Shown here piece after piece: positions 46,439 through 56,525 of a stretch of 64,000 bases of DNA. Within the stretch, counting starts at the first letter, position 1. Each line of letters begins with the position of its first letter. The position numbers were made by a program, and so were the translations under genes. A model generated the notes under the pieces. It was not told the origin of the DNA, ran no database searches, and saw only the letters and a list, made by a program, of their open reading frames with translations. Source of the stretch: a bacterium CG_4_9_14_3_um_filter_65_15 (GTDB lineage: Bacteria > Krumholzibacteriota > Krumholzibacteriia > LZORAL124-64-63); assembly GCA_002790835.1 (NCBI GenBank), contig PFVX01000024.1, positions 7,167 through 71,166 on the forward strand, in the 5' to 3' direction.

Positions 46439-46957
46439 GTGCGGATTGCCACCAGATTTTCGCTGCTGATCATTTTGGCCTTCGGCCTCTGGTCGTATCC
46501 GGGCTGCGGATCCCGGGATCAGGTTGTCGATGTCGGGTCCGAGGTTGGCCAGACCGCGCCCGCTTTTTCCCTGGAGCGCGTGGATGGGGGCCGGTTGGAC
46601 CTGAAGGAGTTGCGGGGCAAGACCGTCCTGGTGGATTTCTGGGACACCTGGTGCCCGCCCTGTCGCCGGGCCCTCCCGCACTTGGAGGAGCTCAGTCGGG
46701 AGCACAGCAGGGATTTCGTGGTGGTGGGGGTGTCGTTGGGGCAGGAAGGGCCTTCGAAGGTCAAAGCCTACGTGGAAAAGGGCGGGTTCACCTTCCCCTT
46801 CGTATTCGGCGATGCCGACGTTTTCCAGAAGTTCGGCGTGCAGAACCTTCCCACGACCTTCTTGCTGGATGCCAACGGTGTGATCAGGAATAAGTGGGTC
46901 GGTGGGTATCCCAAGGGTGCTTATGAACAGGAAATTTTCAAACTTCTGGAAAATTAG
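46439..46957 (+). CDS. TlpA/ResA-like periplasmic thiol-disulfide oxidoreductase
   Basis: Signal peptide RIATRFSLLIILAFGLWSY; thioredoxin-fold with VLVDFWDTWCPPCRRALP. The GTG at 46439 follows RBS ggaaaggaagc; the track ORF's long upstream part (from 45644) is antisense to dsbD and rejected. Confidence 0.75.
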   Translation: MRIATRFSLLIILAFGLWSYPGCGSRDQVVDVGSEVGQTAPAFSLERVDGGRLDLKELRGKTVLVDFWDTWCPPCRRALPHLEELSREHSRDFVVVGVSLGQEGPSKVKAYVEKGGFTFPFVFGDADVFQKFGVQNLPTTFLLDANGVIRNKWVGGYPKGAYEQEIFKLLEN

Positions 46958-46990
46958 CGAATGCATGCAGGCGATGGGTAAGGATGGAAA

Positions 46991-47029
46991 AAGCCCCTGA
47001 CGTCAGCCTTTGCCGGGAGTCAGGGGCTT
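46991..47029. terminator. GC-rich hairpin (AAGCCCCTGAC ... GTCAGGGGCTT, 17-nt loop) between convergent tlpA-like and phosphatase genes
   Basis: 11-bp perfect stem read from the sequence; it is flanked by an A-run upstream and a weak T-run downstream. Confidence 0.5.
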
Positions 47030-47258
47030 AACTTGCGCTCGTCATTTTCTCAACCACCAAAAGAGATCGATCAAGGCAAGACCCGCCATAATACAAATAT
47101 CAGGTCCCATTTTCGATCCCCCCTTTCCTGTCCAAAGGGTTAAGGGAACACTGCCATGTTGGGAATCGGTTGGATCGCCGCAGACTTGAGTCTTCATTTC
47201 CGGGCGAGGCCGCTTCTTGCCCGAAGCTTGCAAGAGGGGTACCGGAATCCTTTAATTC

Positions 47259-49754
47259 TTATATCTGGTTGATAATCAACAACATCGCTGTTTTGTCGTC
47301 CGGCTCCCGGTCGTCGCCGAAGTCCGATACCCTGCAAAATATTCTGTCAAGTCGCTGGCCGCAGGTGTCCGTTGCCGGTCCGTTGGCTTCCTCGCACAGC
47401 CTCTCGATGTCGAAGAATTCCCCCTGGCGGTTCCGCTGCTCGGTCAATCCGTCCGTGTAAAAAAGCACGAAATCCCCAGGCTGGAGGGTCAAGTGGCCTT
47501 CGCGATACTCCCGCTGAGAATCGACCCCCAGCACGGGTCCTCCCCGGCGCAGGAATTCCTTGATCCCGGCGGCGGCGCGGAACAGGACCGGTGGATCCAT
47601 TCCCGCGTTGCAATAGGTCAATCCCCCGCTGCGAGGATCCAGGATGCCGAAGAAGAAACACACGAACTGACCGGGGGTGACGAGCCCGTGGACGGTCCGG
47701 TTCAAGCGGGCGATGACCTCGCGCGCGCCTGAAGCCGGATTGGCCTCGTTGCGAAAGGCCACGCTCAGGGAGGTCATCAAGAGGGCGGCGGGGATGCCCT
47801 TGCCCGAGACGTCGGCGATGGCCAGGGCCACCGATCCGTCGGGAAGCTGGAAGTAATCGAAAAAATCGCCTCCCACCATGCGGGACGGTTCATTTCGCCC
47901 TTGGATGACAAACCCCTCGCCCCGCAGGGTCTCGGTGGGCAGCAGCCGGGTCTGGATCTCCCGGGCGACTTCCAGCTCCGCCTCCAGGCGCTTCTGGTGC
48001 AGGCTTTCCCGGTAGAGCTGCCGGCTTTCGATCAGGGGGGCGGCCTGGATCGCCAGGGACAGCAGGTTGGCGAGATCTTCCTGGCTGTAGAGGGCCTTGC
48101 CCTTCTTGTCACCCAGGGCCAGGAAGCCCAGCAACCGGTTGCCCGTGATCAGGGGGACCAGAAGCTGGGGCTGCATGACCGTCAGCAGGGCCATGGAGTC
48201 CTGGTCGCTGCCCGCCTCCAGCAGGAGATCTTCCACCTCCTCGGTGAACAGAGGGTAGCGGATTCTGCCGAGCAGGCGCACGAGGGTGCCGTCGGGCGGC
48301 TGGGCGGGCGGAGGTTCCTCGTCGGTGACGGGTCCGGATACCGGGAAGAATGACCCGGACGAGTCGACCAGGTAGATGGCCAGGGTGGTGGGCATGAAGA
48401 GGGCTTGCAGCCGCTCGTGGAGCAGTGCGATGGCCTCGTCGGCATCGATCAATTCGGTCAATTCGCCGGCCAGACGATTCATGGCGCGGCGGTTGGCCTG
48501 GCGGGCCGGGTAGAAGGCGCGGTCGACCCAGCGCTGGGCCAGGTTCCGCAGAGGCAGGGCCAGCAATCCGCACCCGGCGACCATCGCCAGGGTGATCTGA
48601 TCCGAACGCACCCCGAGCAGGCGGCCGAAAACGAGGCCGATCCCCACCACGACCACGAAATAGCACCCCAGGACCATGGCCGTCAGCAGGCCGTAGATCA
48701 GACTGGTGCGCAGGATGAAGTCCTTGTCCAGAGCGCCGAAGCGCATGATGGCCAGGGCGAAGCTGGCCGGAACCAACAGGAGGGAGAAGGCCAGGTATTG
48801 CCACTGGGGCAAGGCGGCGCCCGGCATGAGGTTGCCGACGATGGCCGCGGACAGGAAGGGTGTCAGGCCACAGAGGATCCCGATGAGCACAACGCGCATC
48901 TTGGTGTGTTCGATGGGCCGGTCCCTGCGGCGGATCTTGCGCGCGAAGATCACCAGGCCGGCCACGATGAAACCGAGCATGTAGAGGAGGGAGATGCCTT
49001 CCAGCCAGGCGGCCATGCGGGGCAGGAGTCCGGTCAAGCCCGTCACGTCTCCCAGGGTGGTCAGGAGAAAGAGGGTCCAGCCGGGAATCAGCATCCAACG
49101 CAGCTTGTCCGGTTGGCCGGAGGGGGTTCGGCGGGGTGCCGGGAACTGGACGAAGAATCTCAGAAAATACGCGGGCAAAAGGAGTTGCAGAAGCCATCGC
49201 AGGCTTTCTTTGAACCACATATAGTCCAGGTAGGGTCGATCCGGGATCTCCATGAGCACGAAGGCGAAGATCATGCACAAGGCGAAGAAGTTGCGGGCCA
49301 CCGGGTCGTGGCGCCGCCGCAGCACCCACCAACCGATGACCAGAAAGGCGAGGCCGACCCCCCACTGGCTGTAGGAACGGGTCAGGCGAGCCTGGGATGG
49401 GGGATGGGGCACGACGACCACAGCCAGAGCACGGCCGTTCCGCGTCACCTCCAGGGGCAAGGGATCGAGGGTGCGATGCCTGGCCAGGGCCGTGAAGTAA
49501 CCGGGCATGGTGGACACCGGCCGGCCGGCGATCGTCGTGATGCGATCACCGGGCTCCAGGCCGGCTGCGCGTGCGGAACGCTCCACCGCCACGACCTCGA
49601 GTTGGCGAACGGAAAAATCCAGTTCCGGTTTATCGGGTATCTCCAGCAGAACAGCCAGGCCCAGGATCGCGAAAATGGGGACGATCCCGTACAGCCCCAA
49701 ACGGCGGGGGGCCTTTTCCACGAGGGGGTCGGAATAGACGGAACGATAGCGCAT
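47259..49754 (-). CDS. Membrane-anchored PP2C-family serine phosphatase (SpoIIE/RsbU-like) with N-terminal PDZ, multi-TM region and GAF domain
   Basis: 832 aa from ATG 49754. PDZ-like AAGLEPGDRITTIAGRPV; about eight hydrophobic TMs; GAF-like region; C-terminal PP2C motifs (GGDFFDY..., AIADVSGKGIPAAL, TDGLTE). Confidence 0.8.
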   Translation of the reverse strand: MRYRSVYSDPLVEKAPRRLGLYGIVPIFAILGLAVLLEIPDKPELDFSVRQLEVVAVERSARAAGLEPGDRITTIAGRPVSTMPGYFTALARHRTLDPLPLEVTRNGRALAVVVVPHPPSQARLTRSYSQWGVGLAFLVIGWWVLRRRHDPVARNFFALCMIFAFVLMEIPDRPYLDYMWFKESLRWLLQLLLPAYFLRFFVQFPAPRRTPSGQPDKLRWMLIPGWTLFLLTTLGDVTGLTGLLPRMAAWLEGISLLYMLGFIVAGLVIFARKIRRRDRPIEHTKMRVVLIGILCGLTPFLSAAIVGNLMPGAALPQWQYLAFSLLLVPASFALAIMRFGALDKDFILRTSLIYGLLTAMVLGCYFVVVVGIGLVFGRLLGVRSDQITLAMVAGCGLLALPLRNLAQRWVDRAFYPARQANRRAMNRLAGELTELIDADEAIALLHERLQALFMPTTLAIYLVDSSGSFFPVSGPVTDEEPPPAQPPDGTLVRLLGRIRYPLFTEEVEDLLLEAGSDQDSMALLTVMQPQLLVPLITGNRLLGFLALGDKKGKALYSQEDLANLLSLAIQAAPLIESRQLYRESLHQKRLEAELEVAREIQTRLLPTETLRGEGFVIQGRNEPSRMVGGDFFDYFQLPDGSVALAIADVSGKGIPAALLMTSLSVAFRNEANPASGAREVIARLNRTVHGLVTPGQFVCFFFGILDPRSGGLTYCNAGMDPPVLFRAAAGIKEFLRRGGPVLGVDSQREYREGHLTLQPGDFVLFYTDGLTEQRNRQGEFFDIERLCEEANGPATDTCGQRLDRIFCRVSDFGDDREPDDKTAMLLIINQI

Positions 49755-49951
49755 GGAAACCTCACGGTGCCGGTTGAAGGGATCATACCAGATCCCCCGG
49801 GCTTCGCCAGGAAGAACCCGACCCAATCGCGGCTTTGCTCCACTCCAACGTTGATGTTAGATTCGGGATTCAGCCCGGGCGGACGGGACGCAAGCATCCA
49901 CAGGGGGTTTGCCCCATCCGCTTGCCCAATCAGGACAGCCAGGAGAACACC

Positions 49952-52729
49952 GTGAGCGAAACCCGGAACATGGCGCAGTACAGTCCCGAGGGACTCGAGG
50001 AACGATGGTATGACCGTTGGGAAAATGCGGGGTTGTTCGCCCCGGACGAGGATCTGCCCGGTGCACCCTTCGTGATCACTCTGCCGCCTCCCAACGTCAC
50101 CGGCATCCTGCATATGGGGCACTGCCTGGGCAATGCCATCCAGGATACGTTGATCCGTTGGGCGCGGATGCGCGGCCAGCCCACCCTGTGGGTGCCCGGT
50201 ACCGACCACGCCAGCATTGCCACCGAGCAGGTGGTCACCCGCCAGATGGCCGCCGATGGGATTGACAAGCGCGCCGCCGGACGGGAGGCCTTCCTGGAAA
50301 GGGCCTGGGTCTGGAAGGAGAAGACCCACAGCCGGATCACCCAGCAGATCCGGCGTCTCGGCTGCAGCCTGGACTGGAAACGCGAAGCCTTCACCATGGA
50401 CGAAGCGCGCAACCGCGCCGTGACCGAGGCTTTCGTGCGCTTGAAGGAAAAGGGCCTGATCTACCGGGATGTGTATCTGGTGAACTGGTGCCCCCACTGT
50501 CTGACCGCCATCAGCGACGACGAGGTGGAATACCAGGAATTGCAGGGGCATTACTGGCACTTGATCTACCCCTTGGCCGACGGCAGCGGCCAGGTGACCG
50601 TGGCCACCACCCGACCGGAGACCATGTTCGGCGACACGGCGGTGGCCGTGCACCCGAGCGACCCGGAGCGCAGCCGGTTGATCGGCAAGACCGTGCTGCT
50701 GCCGCTGACCGGAAGGGAGATCCCCATCATCGGGGATCACCACGCAGACCCAGAGAAGGGCACCGGCTTCGTGAAGATCACTCCGGCCCACGACCCCAAC
50801 GATTTCCAGGTCGGCCGGCGCCACGATCTGCCCCAGGTGATCTGCATGACCCCCGAAGGCGTGATGAACGAGTCCGCCGGCAAGTTTGCGGGGTTGGATC
50901 GCTATGCCTGCCGGGAGGCCGTCGTGGCCGCCCTCGGGGACGAGGGGCTGTTGGGCAAGGTGGAAGCCCAGGAGCACCAGGTGGGGCACCACGACCGCTG
51001 CGGCACCATCATCGAACCCTATCTGTCGCGGCAATGGTTCCTACGCATGGACCAGTTGGCGCAACCGGCGGTGAAGGCCGTTGCCGACGGCGAGGTGATG
51101 CTCTATCCCGAGCGCTGGATCGGTGTCTTCAACAACTGGATGACCAATATCCGGGACTGGTGCATCAGCAGGCAATTGTGGTGGGGACACCGGATTCCGG
51201 TCTGGTATTGCGACGGTTGCGGCGGCGAGATCGCGGCCGTCGAGGCGCCCACCGCGTGCCCCGATTGCGGTGGGGAGGCCCTGCGTCGGGACGAGGACGT
51301 GCTCGACACCTGGTTCAGCAGCTGGCTGTGGACCTTTTCGCCCCTGGGCTGGCCCGAAGCCACTGCGGACCTCAAGCGGTATCATCCGACCAGCGTGCTG
51401 GTCACGGCCGCGGATATCATCTTTTTCTGGGTGGCCCGGATGATGATGGCCAGCTACGAATTCCTGGGGGAGAAGCCCTTCGGCGAAGTGCTCTTCACCG
51501 GAATCGTGCGTGACGACGACGGTCGCAAGATGAGCAAATCCCTGGGCAACAGTCCCGATCCCATCGACCTGATCGACAAGTACGGCGCGGACGCCCTGCG
51601 TTGCAGTCTGGTCATGCTGACGCCGACGGGGCAGGACATCTTCTTCAGCGAGGCGACCCTCGAGGTGGGACGCAACTTCTGCAACAAGATCTTCCAGGCG
51701 ACCAAGCTGGTGCTGGGGACCTGGGACGAGGCGGGGTTGCCCGCGCGTGAGGAAGCCCCTGCGACCGCGCCGCGGATTCTGGACCTGCAGAAGGCCCTGG
51801 GCGCCCACGATTGGCACGACGATGCCGGAGCCTGGTTCACGGAGCTGTGGGAGGCGGTTTTCGGCACTCCTTTGCCCGCGAACGTCGGTGACGAGGACCT
51901 GGAACTTGCCGACCGCTGGGTCCTGGGAAGACTGATGCGGACGGTGGCCGACTACGAGGACGCCATGGGAAGGCGGCGGCTCAACGACGCCTCCTACGGC
52001 GTGTTCAACTTTTTCCGCCACGAGTTCTGCGACTGGTACCTGGAAGCGGTCAAATCCCGCATGCGGGATGCCGACGCCCGGGCCGTCGCGGTCCAGGTGC
52101 CGGTCCTGGTCCTGGGAGTCGCGTACAAGCTCCTGCATCCGGTGATGCCCTTCATCACCGAGGAACTTTGGAGCTGGTTGCCTCCCGCCCGAGGATTCCT
52201 GATGGTTTCTTCCCTGCCGGAGAACGCGGGTGCGGAGACGTTCGCCGCCGACCAGGAACGCTTTGGCCGGGTCATGGAAATCGTGACCGTGATCCGCAAC
52301 CTGCGCAACGAGCTGGATGTGGCTCCGGGACGTCGGGGCCGGGTCCTGTTGCGCGTCCCGGATCCCGACCAGGTGGATGACCTGCGGGAGGATGCCGCGG
52401 AAATCACCCTGCTGAGCAAACTCGAGGAAGTGACCGTGGTCTGCGGTGGAGACGATCCTGCTCCCGCGGGAACTGGAGTATGCGGAACGGTCGAGGTTTT
52501 CCTGCTGATGGCCGGTCTGGTGGATCTGGACAAGGAACGGCAGCGTCTGACCAAGGAACTGGACAAGGTCCGGGGTTGGATCAAGGGTTGCGAGGCCAAG
52601 CTGGCCAACGAGAAATTCACCGCCAACGCCCCGGCCGAGGTGGTGCGCAAGCAGGAGGAGTTGCTGGCGGAAAACCGCGCCACGGCCGAGACATTGGCGC
52701 AGCGGTTGATGGCCCTCGCAGAGGGCTAG
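49952..52729 (+). CDS. valS: Valine--tRNA ligase
   Basis: Class-I HIGH motif (PPPNVTGILHMGH), KMSKS (KMSKSLGN), CP1 editing domain and a C-terminal coiled-coil. GTG 49952 with RBS aggaga; the ATG at 49970 is an alternative. Confidence 0.93.
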   Translation: MSETRNMAQYSPEGLEERWYDRWENAGLFAPDEDLPGAPFVITLPPPNVTGILHMGHCLGNAIQDTLIRWARMRGQPTLWVPGTDHASIATEQVVTRQMAADGIDKRAAGREAFLERAWVWKEKTHSRITQQIRRLGCSLDWKREAFTMDEARNRAVTEAFVRLKEKGLIYRDVYLVNWCPHCLTAISDDEVEYQELQGHYWHLIYPLADGSGQVTVATTRPETMFGDTAVAVHPSDPERSRLIGKTVLLPLTGREIPIIGDHHADPEKGTGFVKITPAHDPNDFQVGRRHDLPQVICMTPEGVMNESAGKFAGLDRYACREAVVAALGDEGLLGKVEAQEHQVGHHDRCGTIIEPYLSRQWFLRMDQLAQPAVKAVADGEVMLYPERWIGVFNNWMTNIRDWCISRQLWWGHRIPVWYCDGCGGEIAAVEAPTACPDCGGEALRRDEDVLDTWFSSWLWTFSPLGWPEATADLKRYHPTSVLVTAADIIFFWVARMMMASYEFLGEKPFGEVLFTGIVRDDDGRKMSKSLGNSPDPIDLIDKYGADALRCSLVMLTPTGQDIFFSEATLEVGRNFCNKIFQATKLVLGTWDEAGLPAREEAPATAPRILDLQKALGAHDWHDDAGAWFTELWEAVFGTPLPANVGDEDLELADRWVLGRLMRTVADYEDAMGRRRLNDASYGVFNFFRHEFCDWYLEAVKSRMRDADARAVAVQVPVLVLGVAYKLLHPVMPFITEELWSWLPPARGFLMVSSLPENAGAETFAADQERFGRVMEIVTVIRNLRNELDVAPGRRGRVLLRVPDPDQVDDLREDAAEITLLSKLEEVTVVCGGDDPAPAGTGVCGTVEVFLLMAGLVDLDKERQRLTKELDKVRGWIKGCEAKLANEKFTANAPAEVVRKQEELLAENRATAETLAQRLMALAEG

Positions 52730-52741
52730 GAAGGGCGTGTC

Positions 52742-53623
52742 GTGCAGACTCCCGGAGAGATCCTGGCTGCCGCCAGGAAAAAACGCGATCTGACCCTCAC
52801 CGAGGTGGCGGGTCTGACCAAGATTCCCGAAGCCATGGTCATGGCGGTGGAGGCGGACGAGTATCACAAGTTGTCCGGACCGCTCTACGTCAAAAGCTTC
52901 CTGCGCACCATCGCCCAGGCCGTGGGAGAGGATCCCCGGCGGGTGCTTGATCTCTACGGGGATATGACCGGAGGAGAGCAGAGGAGCGCGGCTTCGCAGG
53001 GCGCCTCGGTCTGGGATGCGGAGGAAGTGGTCGTCCAGAAGCTCGGCATGTCCTGGCGGCCCTGGATGATCTATGCGGCCGGCGCCGTCGTCGCCCTGGT
53101 GATCATCCTGTTCGCGGTGCGGGGTTGCCGGCAGCAGCCGCCCGCCGAGCGGACAACCATTCCGGCATCGGCTACCGTCGATACCAGCTCCGCAACCACG
53201 GCCGCATCACCCGCCGATTCGACGGAGCAACAGAGTTCCGTGGCGGTCCCGGCGACCGTCCCCTGCCCACGGGGGGGGGACTTCGATTTCACTTCGGGCC
53301 GGGGGGACCTCACCCTTTTGCTGCGGATGCCGTCGCACACCGGAATCCAGGTGCGGGTGGATGGGGAACATGATTTCGCCCCGGCCGTGTGGCCGGCCGT
53401 CGACGGTGACCTGCCCGTGTTCCCCGGTGGCAGCGTCGAATCCGGTCGCGTCTATCGCTGCCGGGACGGATACGTCGTGGCCTGGCGGGGCGACGACCAC
53501 TTCGGTCTGAAGCTGGACCGCGTCGAAGGGGTCGAGGTCCTGCTCCAGGATCGGCCCTGCACCCTGGTCGGTCTGAGACCCGGTCAGGAAATCATTCTCG
53601 ACCGGCACTCGGTCGGTCTGTAA
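52742..53623 (+). CDS. rodZ: RodZ-like cytoskeleton protein (N-terminal XRE-type HTH, single TM, C-terminal DUF4115)
   Basis: HTH LTLTEVAGLTKIPEAMVMAVEADEY...LYVKSFLRTIA; one TM (MIYAAGAVVALVIILFAV); beta-rich C-terminal domain. Confidence 0.7.
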   Translation: MQTPGEILAAARKKRDLTLTEVAGLTKIPEAMVMAVEADEYHKLSGPLYVKSFLRTIAQAVGEDPRRVLDLYGDMTGGEQRSAASQGASVWDAEEVVVQKLGMSWRPWMIYAAGAVVALVIILFAVRGCRQQPPAERTTIPASATVDTSSATTAASPADSTEQQSSVAVPATVPCPRGGDFDFTSGRGDLTLLLRMPSHTGIQVRVDGEHDFAPAVWPAVDGDLPVFPGGSVESGRVYRCRDGYVVAWRGDDHFGLKLDRVEGVEVLLQDRPCTLVGLRPGQEIILDRHSVGL

Positions 53624-53628
53624 CCGCC

Positions 53629-55638
53629 ATGTCACTGTTCCGCCTCGTTGCCCCATTTTCGCCCACGGGCGACCAGCCCACAGCCATCGCCGAGCTCGTG
53701 CGTGAAGCGCGCCGCGGCTCGCGCTGGCAGACCCTGCTGGGCGTGACGGGATCGGGGAAGACCTTCACCATCGCCAGCGCCATCGCCGAACTCGAGCGTC
53801 CGGCCCTGGTCTTCAGCCACAACAAGACCCTGGCCGCCCAGCTCTACGGGGAGCTCAAGGGGTTCTTCCCCGACAATGCGATCGAGTACTACATCTCCTA
53901 CTACGACTACTATCAGCCCGAGGCCTTCATTCCGGCCACCAATACCTACATCGAGAAAGACACCAGCATAAACGACGAGATCGAACGCTTGCGGCTGCGG
54001 GCGACGAGCAGCCTGCTGTCGCGCCGCGACGTCATTGTGGTGGCCAGCGTGTCGGCGATCTACGGCGTCGGCAATCCCCGCACCTTCAAGGAAGGGATCA
54101 TCGGATTGCGCGTCGGACTGGAGCTGGACCGGGACGAATTGCTGGCCAAGCTGGTGGCCATCCAGTACCACCGCAACGACCTGGAGGCCGACTACGGGAC
54201 CTTCCGGGTGCGCGGCGATTCGGTGGAAATCCGCTCGGGTTTCGACGACAAGATCCTGCGGGTGGAGTTCTTCGGCGATGAAATCGAACAGCTGACCTGG
54301 GTGGAACCGTTGACCGGCCGGACCAGGGAGAAGGTGGGGGGAGCGGCCATCTACCCGGCCACCCAGTTCGTCCTGGGGCAGGGAGGGGTGGGACCGGTCA
54401 TCGACGCCATCGGTCGGGATCTGGAGGTGCGCCTGGGCGAGTTCGATCGGGACGGTCGCAACCTGGAGGCCCAGCGGCTCGCCTCCCGCTGCCGCTACGA
54501 CATGGAGATGATCCAGCAGCTGGGGCATTGTCCCGGTGTGGAGAACTATTCCCGCTACTTCGACGGCCGCAACGAGGGTGAGCGGCCCGCCTGCCTGCTG
54601 GACTATTTCCCCGAAGATTACCTCATGGTCATCGACGAATCCCACGCCACGATCCCGCAGATCGGGGCCATGTACCAGGGCGACCGCTCGCGCAAGCAGA
54701 ACCTCGTGGAGCACGGTTTCCGCTTGCCCAGCGCCCTGGACAACCGCCCCCTGACCTTCGCGGAATTCGAAGCCGTTACGCCCCAGACGATCTTCGTTTC
54801 GGCGACCCCCGGCGACTACGAGCTGGAAAAGTCCGGCGGCGTGGTGGTGGAACAGGTGATCCGTCCCACTGGTCTGATCGACCCGCCCATCACCGTCCTG
54901 CCGGTCAAGTTCCAGGTGGACGACCTGATCGAGCGCATCGGCAAAGTGACCGCGCGCGGGGAACGGGTACTGGTGACGACGCTGACCAAGAAGATGTCCG
55001 AGGACCTCACGGGATACCTCGCGGCCGCGGGGATCAAGGTCTGTTACCTCCACTCGGACATCATGGCGTTGGACCGCATCGAGATCCTGCGCAACCTGCG
55101 CCTGGGGAAGAGCGACGTGCTGGTGGGCGTGAACCTGCTGCGCGAAGGTCTGGACTTTCCGGAGGTTTCGCTGGTCGCCATTCTGGATGCTGACCGGGAA
55201 GGGTTCCTGCGCAGCGAACGCAGCCTGATCCAGACATCCGGCCGCGCGGCCCGGAATCTCAACGGTGAAGTCATCATGTATGCCGACCGCATCACGCGCT
55301 CCATGCGCAGGGCCATCGACGAAACCGACCGCCGCCGCAAGCGGCAAATTGCCTGGAACAAGGAACACAACATCACCCCGCGCACGGTGACCAAATCGCG
55401 CGAGGAGATCATCATGTCCACCAGTGCCGCCGGAGGTCGGGGCCTCCAGGAGGATGTCGTCGACAACAAGCCCTGGGAAGCGGTGTTGCGGGAAGACCTC
55501 TCGCCGCGCGAACTTGTCCATTGGCTGGAGCGGGAAATGCTGGCGGCGGCCGGGAACCTTGAATTCGAAAAGGCCGCCACGTTGCGGGATCGGCTCGATG
55601 ACCTCAAGGCCCAGTGGGGCATCGGCACGGAGGATTGA
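53629..55638 (+). CDS. uvrB: Excinuclease ABC subunit B
   Basis: 669 aa; Walker A GVTGSGKT, beta-hairpin region, helicase motifs, and the C-terminal UvrC-interaction coiled-coil (…EFEKAATLRDRLDDLKAQ). Confidence 0.96.
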   Translation: MSLFRLVAPFSPTGDQPTAIAELVREARRGSRWQTLLGVTGSGKTFTIASAIAELERPALVFSHNKTLAAQLYGELKGFFPDNAIEYYISYYDYYQPEAFIPATNTYIEKDTSINDEIERLRLRATSSLLSRRDVIVVASVSAIYGVGNPRTFKEGIIGLRVGLELDRDELLAKLVAIQYHRNDLEADYGTFRVRGDSVEIRSGFDDKILRVEFFGDEIEQLTWVEPLTGRTREKVGGAAIYPATQFVLGQGGVGPVIDAIGRDLEVRLGEFDRDGRNLEAQRLASRCRYDMEMIQQLGHCPGVENYSRYFDGRNEGERPACLLDYFPEDYLMVIDESHATIPQIGAMYQGDRSRKQNLVEHGFRLPSALDNRPLTFAEFEAVTPQTIFVSATPGDYELEKSGGVVVEQVIRPTGLIDPPITVLPVKFQVDDLIERIGKVTARGERVLVTTLTKKMSEDLTGYLAAAGIKVCYLHSDIMALDRIEILRNLRLGKSDVLVGVNLLREGLDFPEVSLVAILDADREGFLRSERSLIQTSGRAARNLNGEVIMYADRITRSMRRAIDETDRRRKRQIAWNKEHNITPRTVTKSREEIIMSTSAAGGRGLQEDVVDNKPWEAVLREDLSPRELVHWLEREMLAAAGNLEFEKAATLRDRLDDLKAQWGIGTED

Positions 55639-55643
55639 ACACG

Positions 55644-56525
55644 ATGGAAAACTCCCTGACCTTCCCTGTCGACCCCTGGGTTTCCGAACTGGTGCGCCGA
55701 AGCCTGGCCGAGGATATCGGGCCGGGCGACGCCACGACGGCCGTGGCGGTGGATCCCTCCTCACGCGCGCGCGCGCTGGTGGTTCCTCGCCGCGCGGGGG
55801 TCTGTGCAGGGCTGCCCCTGTTGACGCTGGTGTATGGAGGATTGTCGGACGAGGTTCATTGCGAACTCCTGGCCCGGGACGGCCAAAGTGTGGAAGCGGG
55901 ACAGCCCCTGGCCGAAGTGGCCGGGCCGGCGGCCGCCATCCTGACGGGCGAGCGCACGGCCTTGAATTTCCTGCAGCACCTGGGCGGCATCGCCACGCGG
56001 ACGGCCCAGCTGGTGGACGCCGTGTCCGGGACCGACTGCCGCATTCTCGACACCCGCAAGACCCTGCCCGGCTACCGGCGATTGGCAAAATACGCCGTGC
56101 GGTGCGGGGGCGGGGATAACCATCGCATGGGGCTTTTCGATCGCATCATGCTCAAGGATAACCATTGGGCGGCGCGGCGCGAACCCCTGGCCGACATTGT
56201 CGCCCGCGCCCGGCGGGAATTTCCCGCCCTGGCCATCGAAGTCGAGGTCGACGATCTGGATCAGTTGACCGCCGCGCTGTCGTTGGGCGTGGAGTGGATC
56301 CTGCTGGACAACTTCAGCGTGGAGATGACGCGCGAAGCGGTGGCGTGCCGTGGCCGGGCCGGCGTTGCCAGCCGGCTGGAATCGTCCGGGAACATGGGGC
56401 TGGAAACGGTGGCCGCCTACGCCCAGGCCGGGGTGGATGCGATCTCCGTGGGCAGCTTGACCCACTCGGTGACGGCCTGGGACGTGGGTCTGGACTTCGC
56501 GCCGGAAAGCGGGGACGCGCCATGA
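55644..56525 (+). CDS. nadC: Nicotinate-nucleotide diphosphorylase (carboxylating) / quinolinate phosphoribosyltransferase
   Basis: LAEDIGPGDATT...ILTGERTALNFLQHLGGIATRT...ILDTRKTLPGYR...GGGDNHR are NadC motifs. ATG 55644; the track ORF 55614 start is upstream. Confidence 0.9.
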   Translation: MENSLTFPVDPWVSELVRRSLAEDIGPGDATTAVAVDPSSRARALVVPRRAGVCAGLPLLTLVYGGLSDEVHCELLARDGQSVEAGQPLAEVAGPAAAILTGERTALNFLQHLGGIATRTAQLVDAVSGTDCRILDTRKTLPGYRRLAKYAVRCGGGDNHRMGLFDRIMLKDNHWAARREPLADIVARARREFPALAIEVEVDDLDQLTAALSLGVEWILLDNFSVEMTREAVACRGRAGVASRLESSGNMGLETVAAYAQAGVDAISVGSLTHSVTAWDVGLDFAPESGDAP

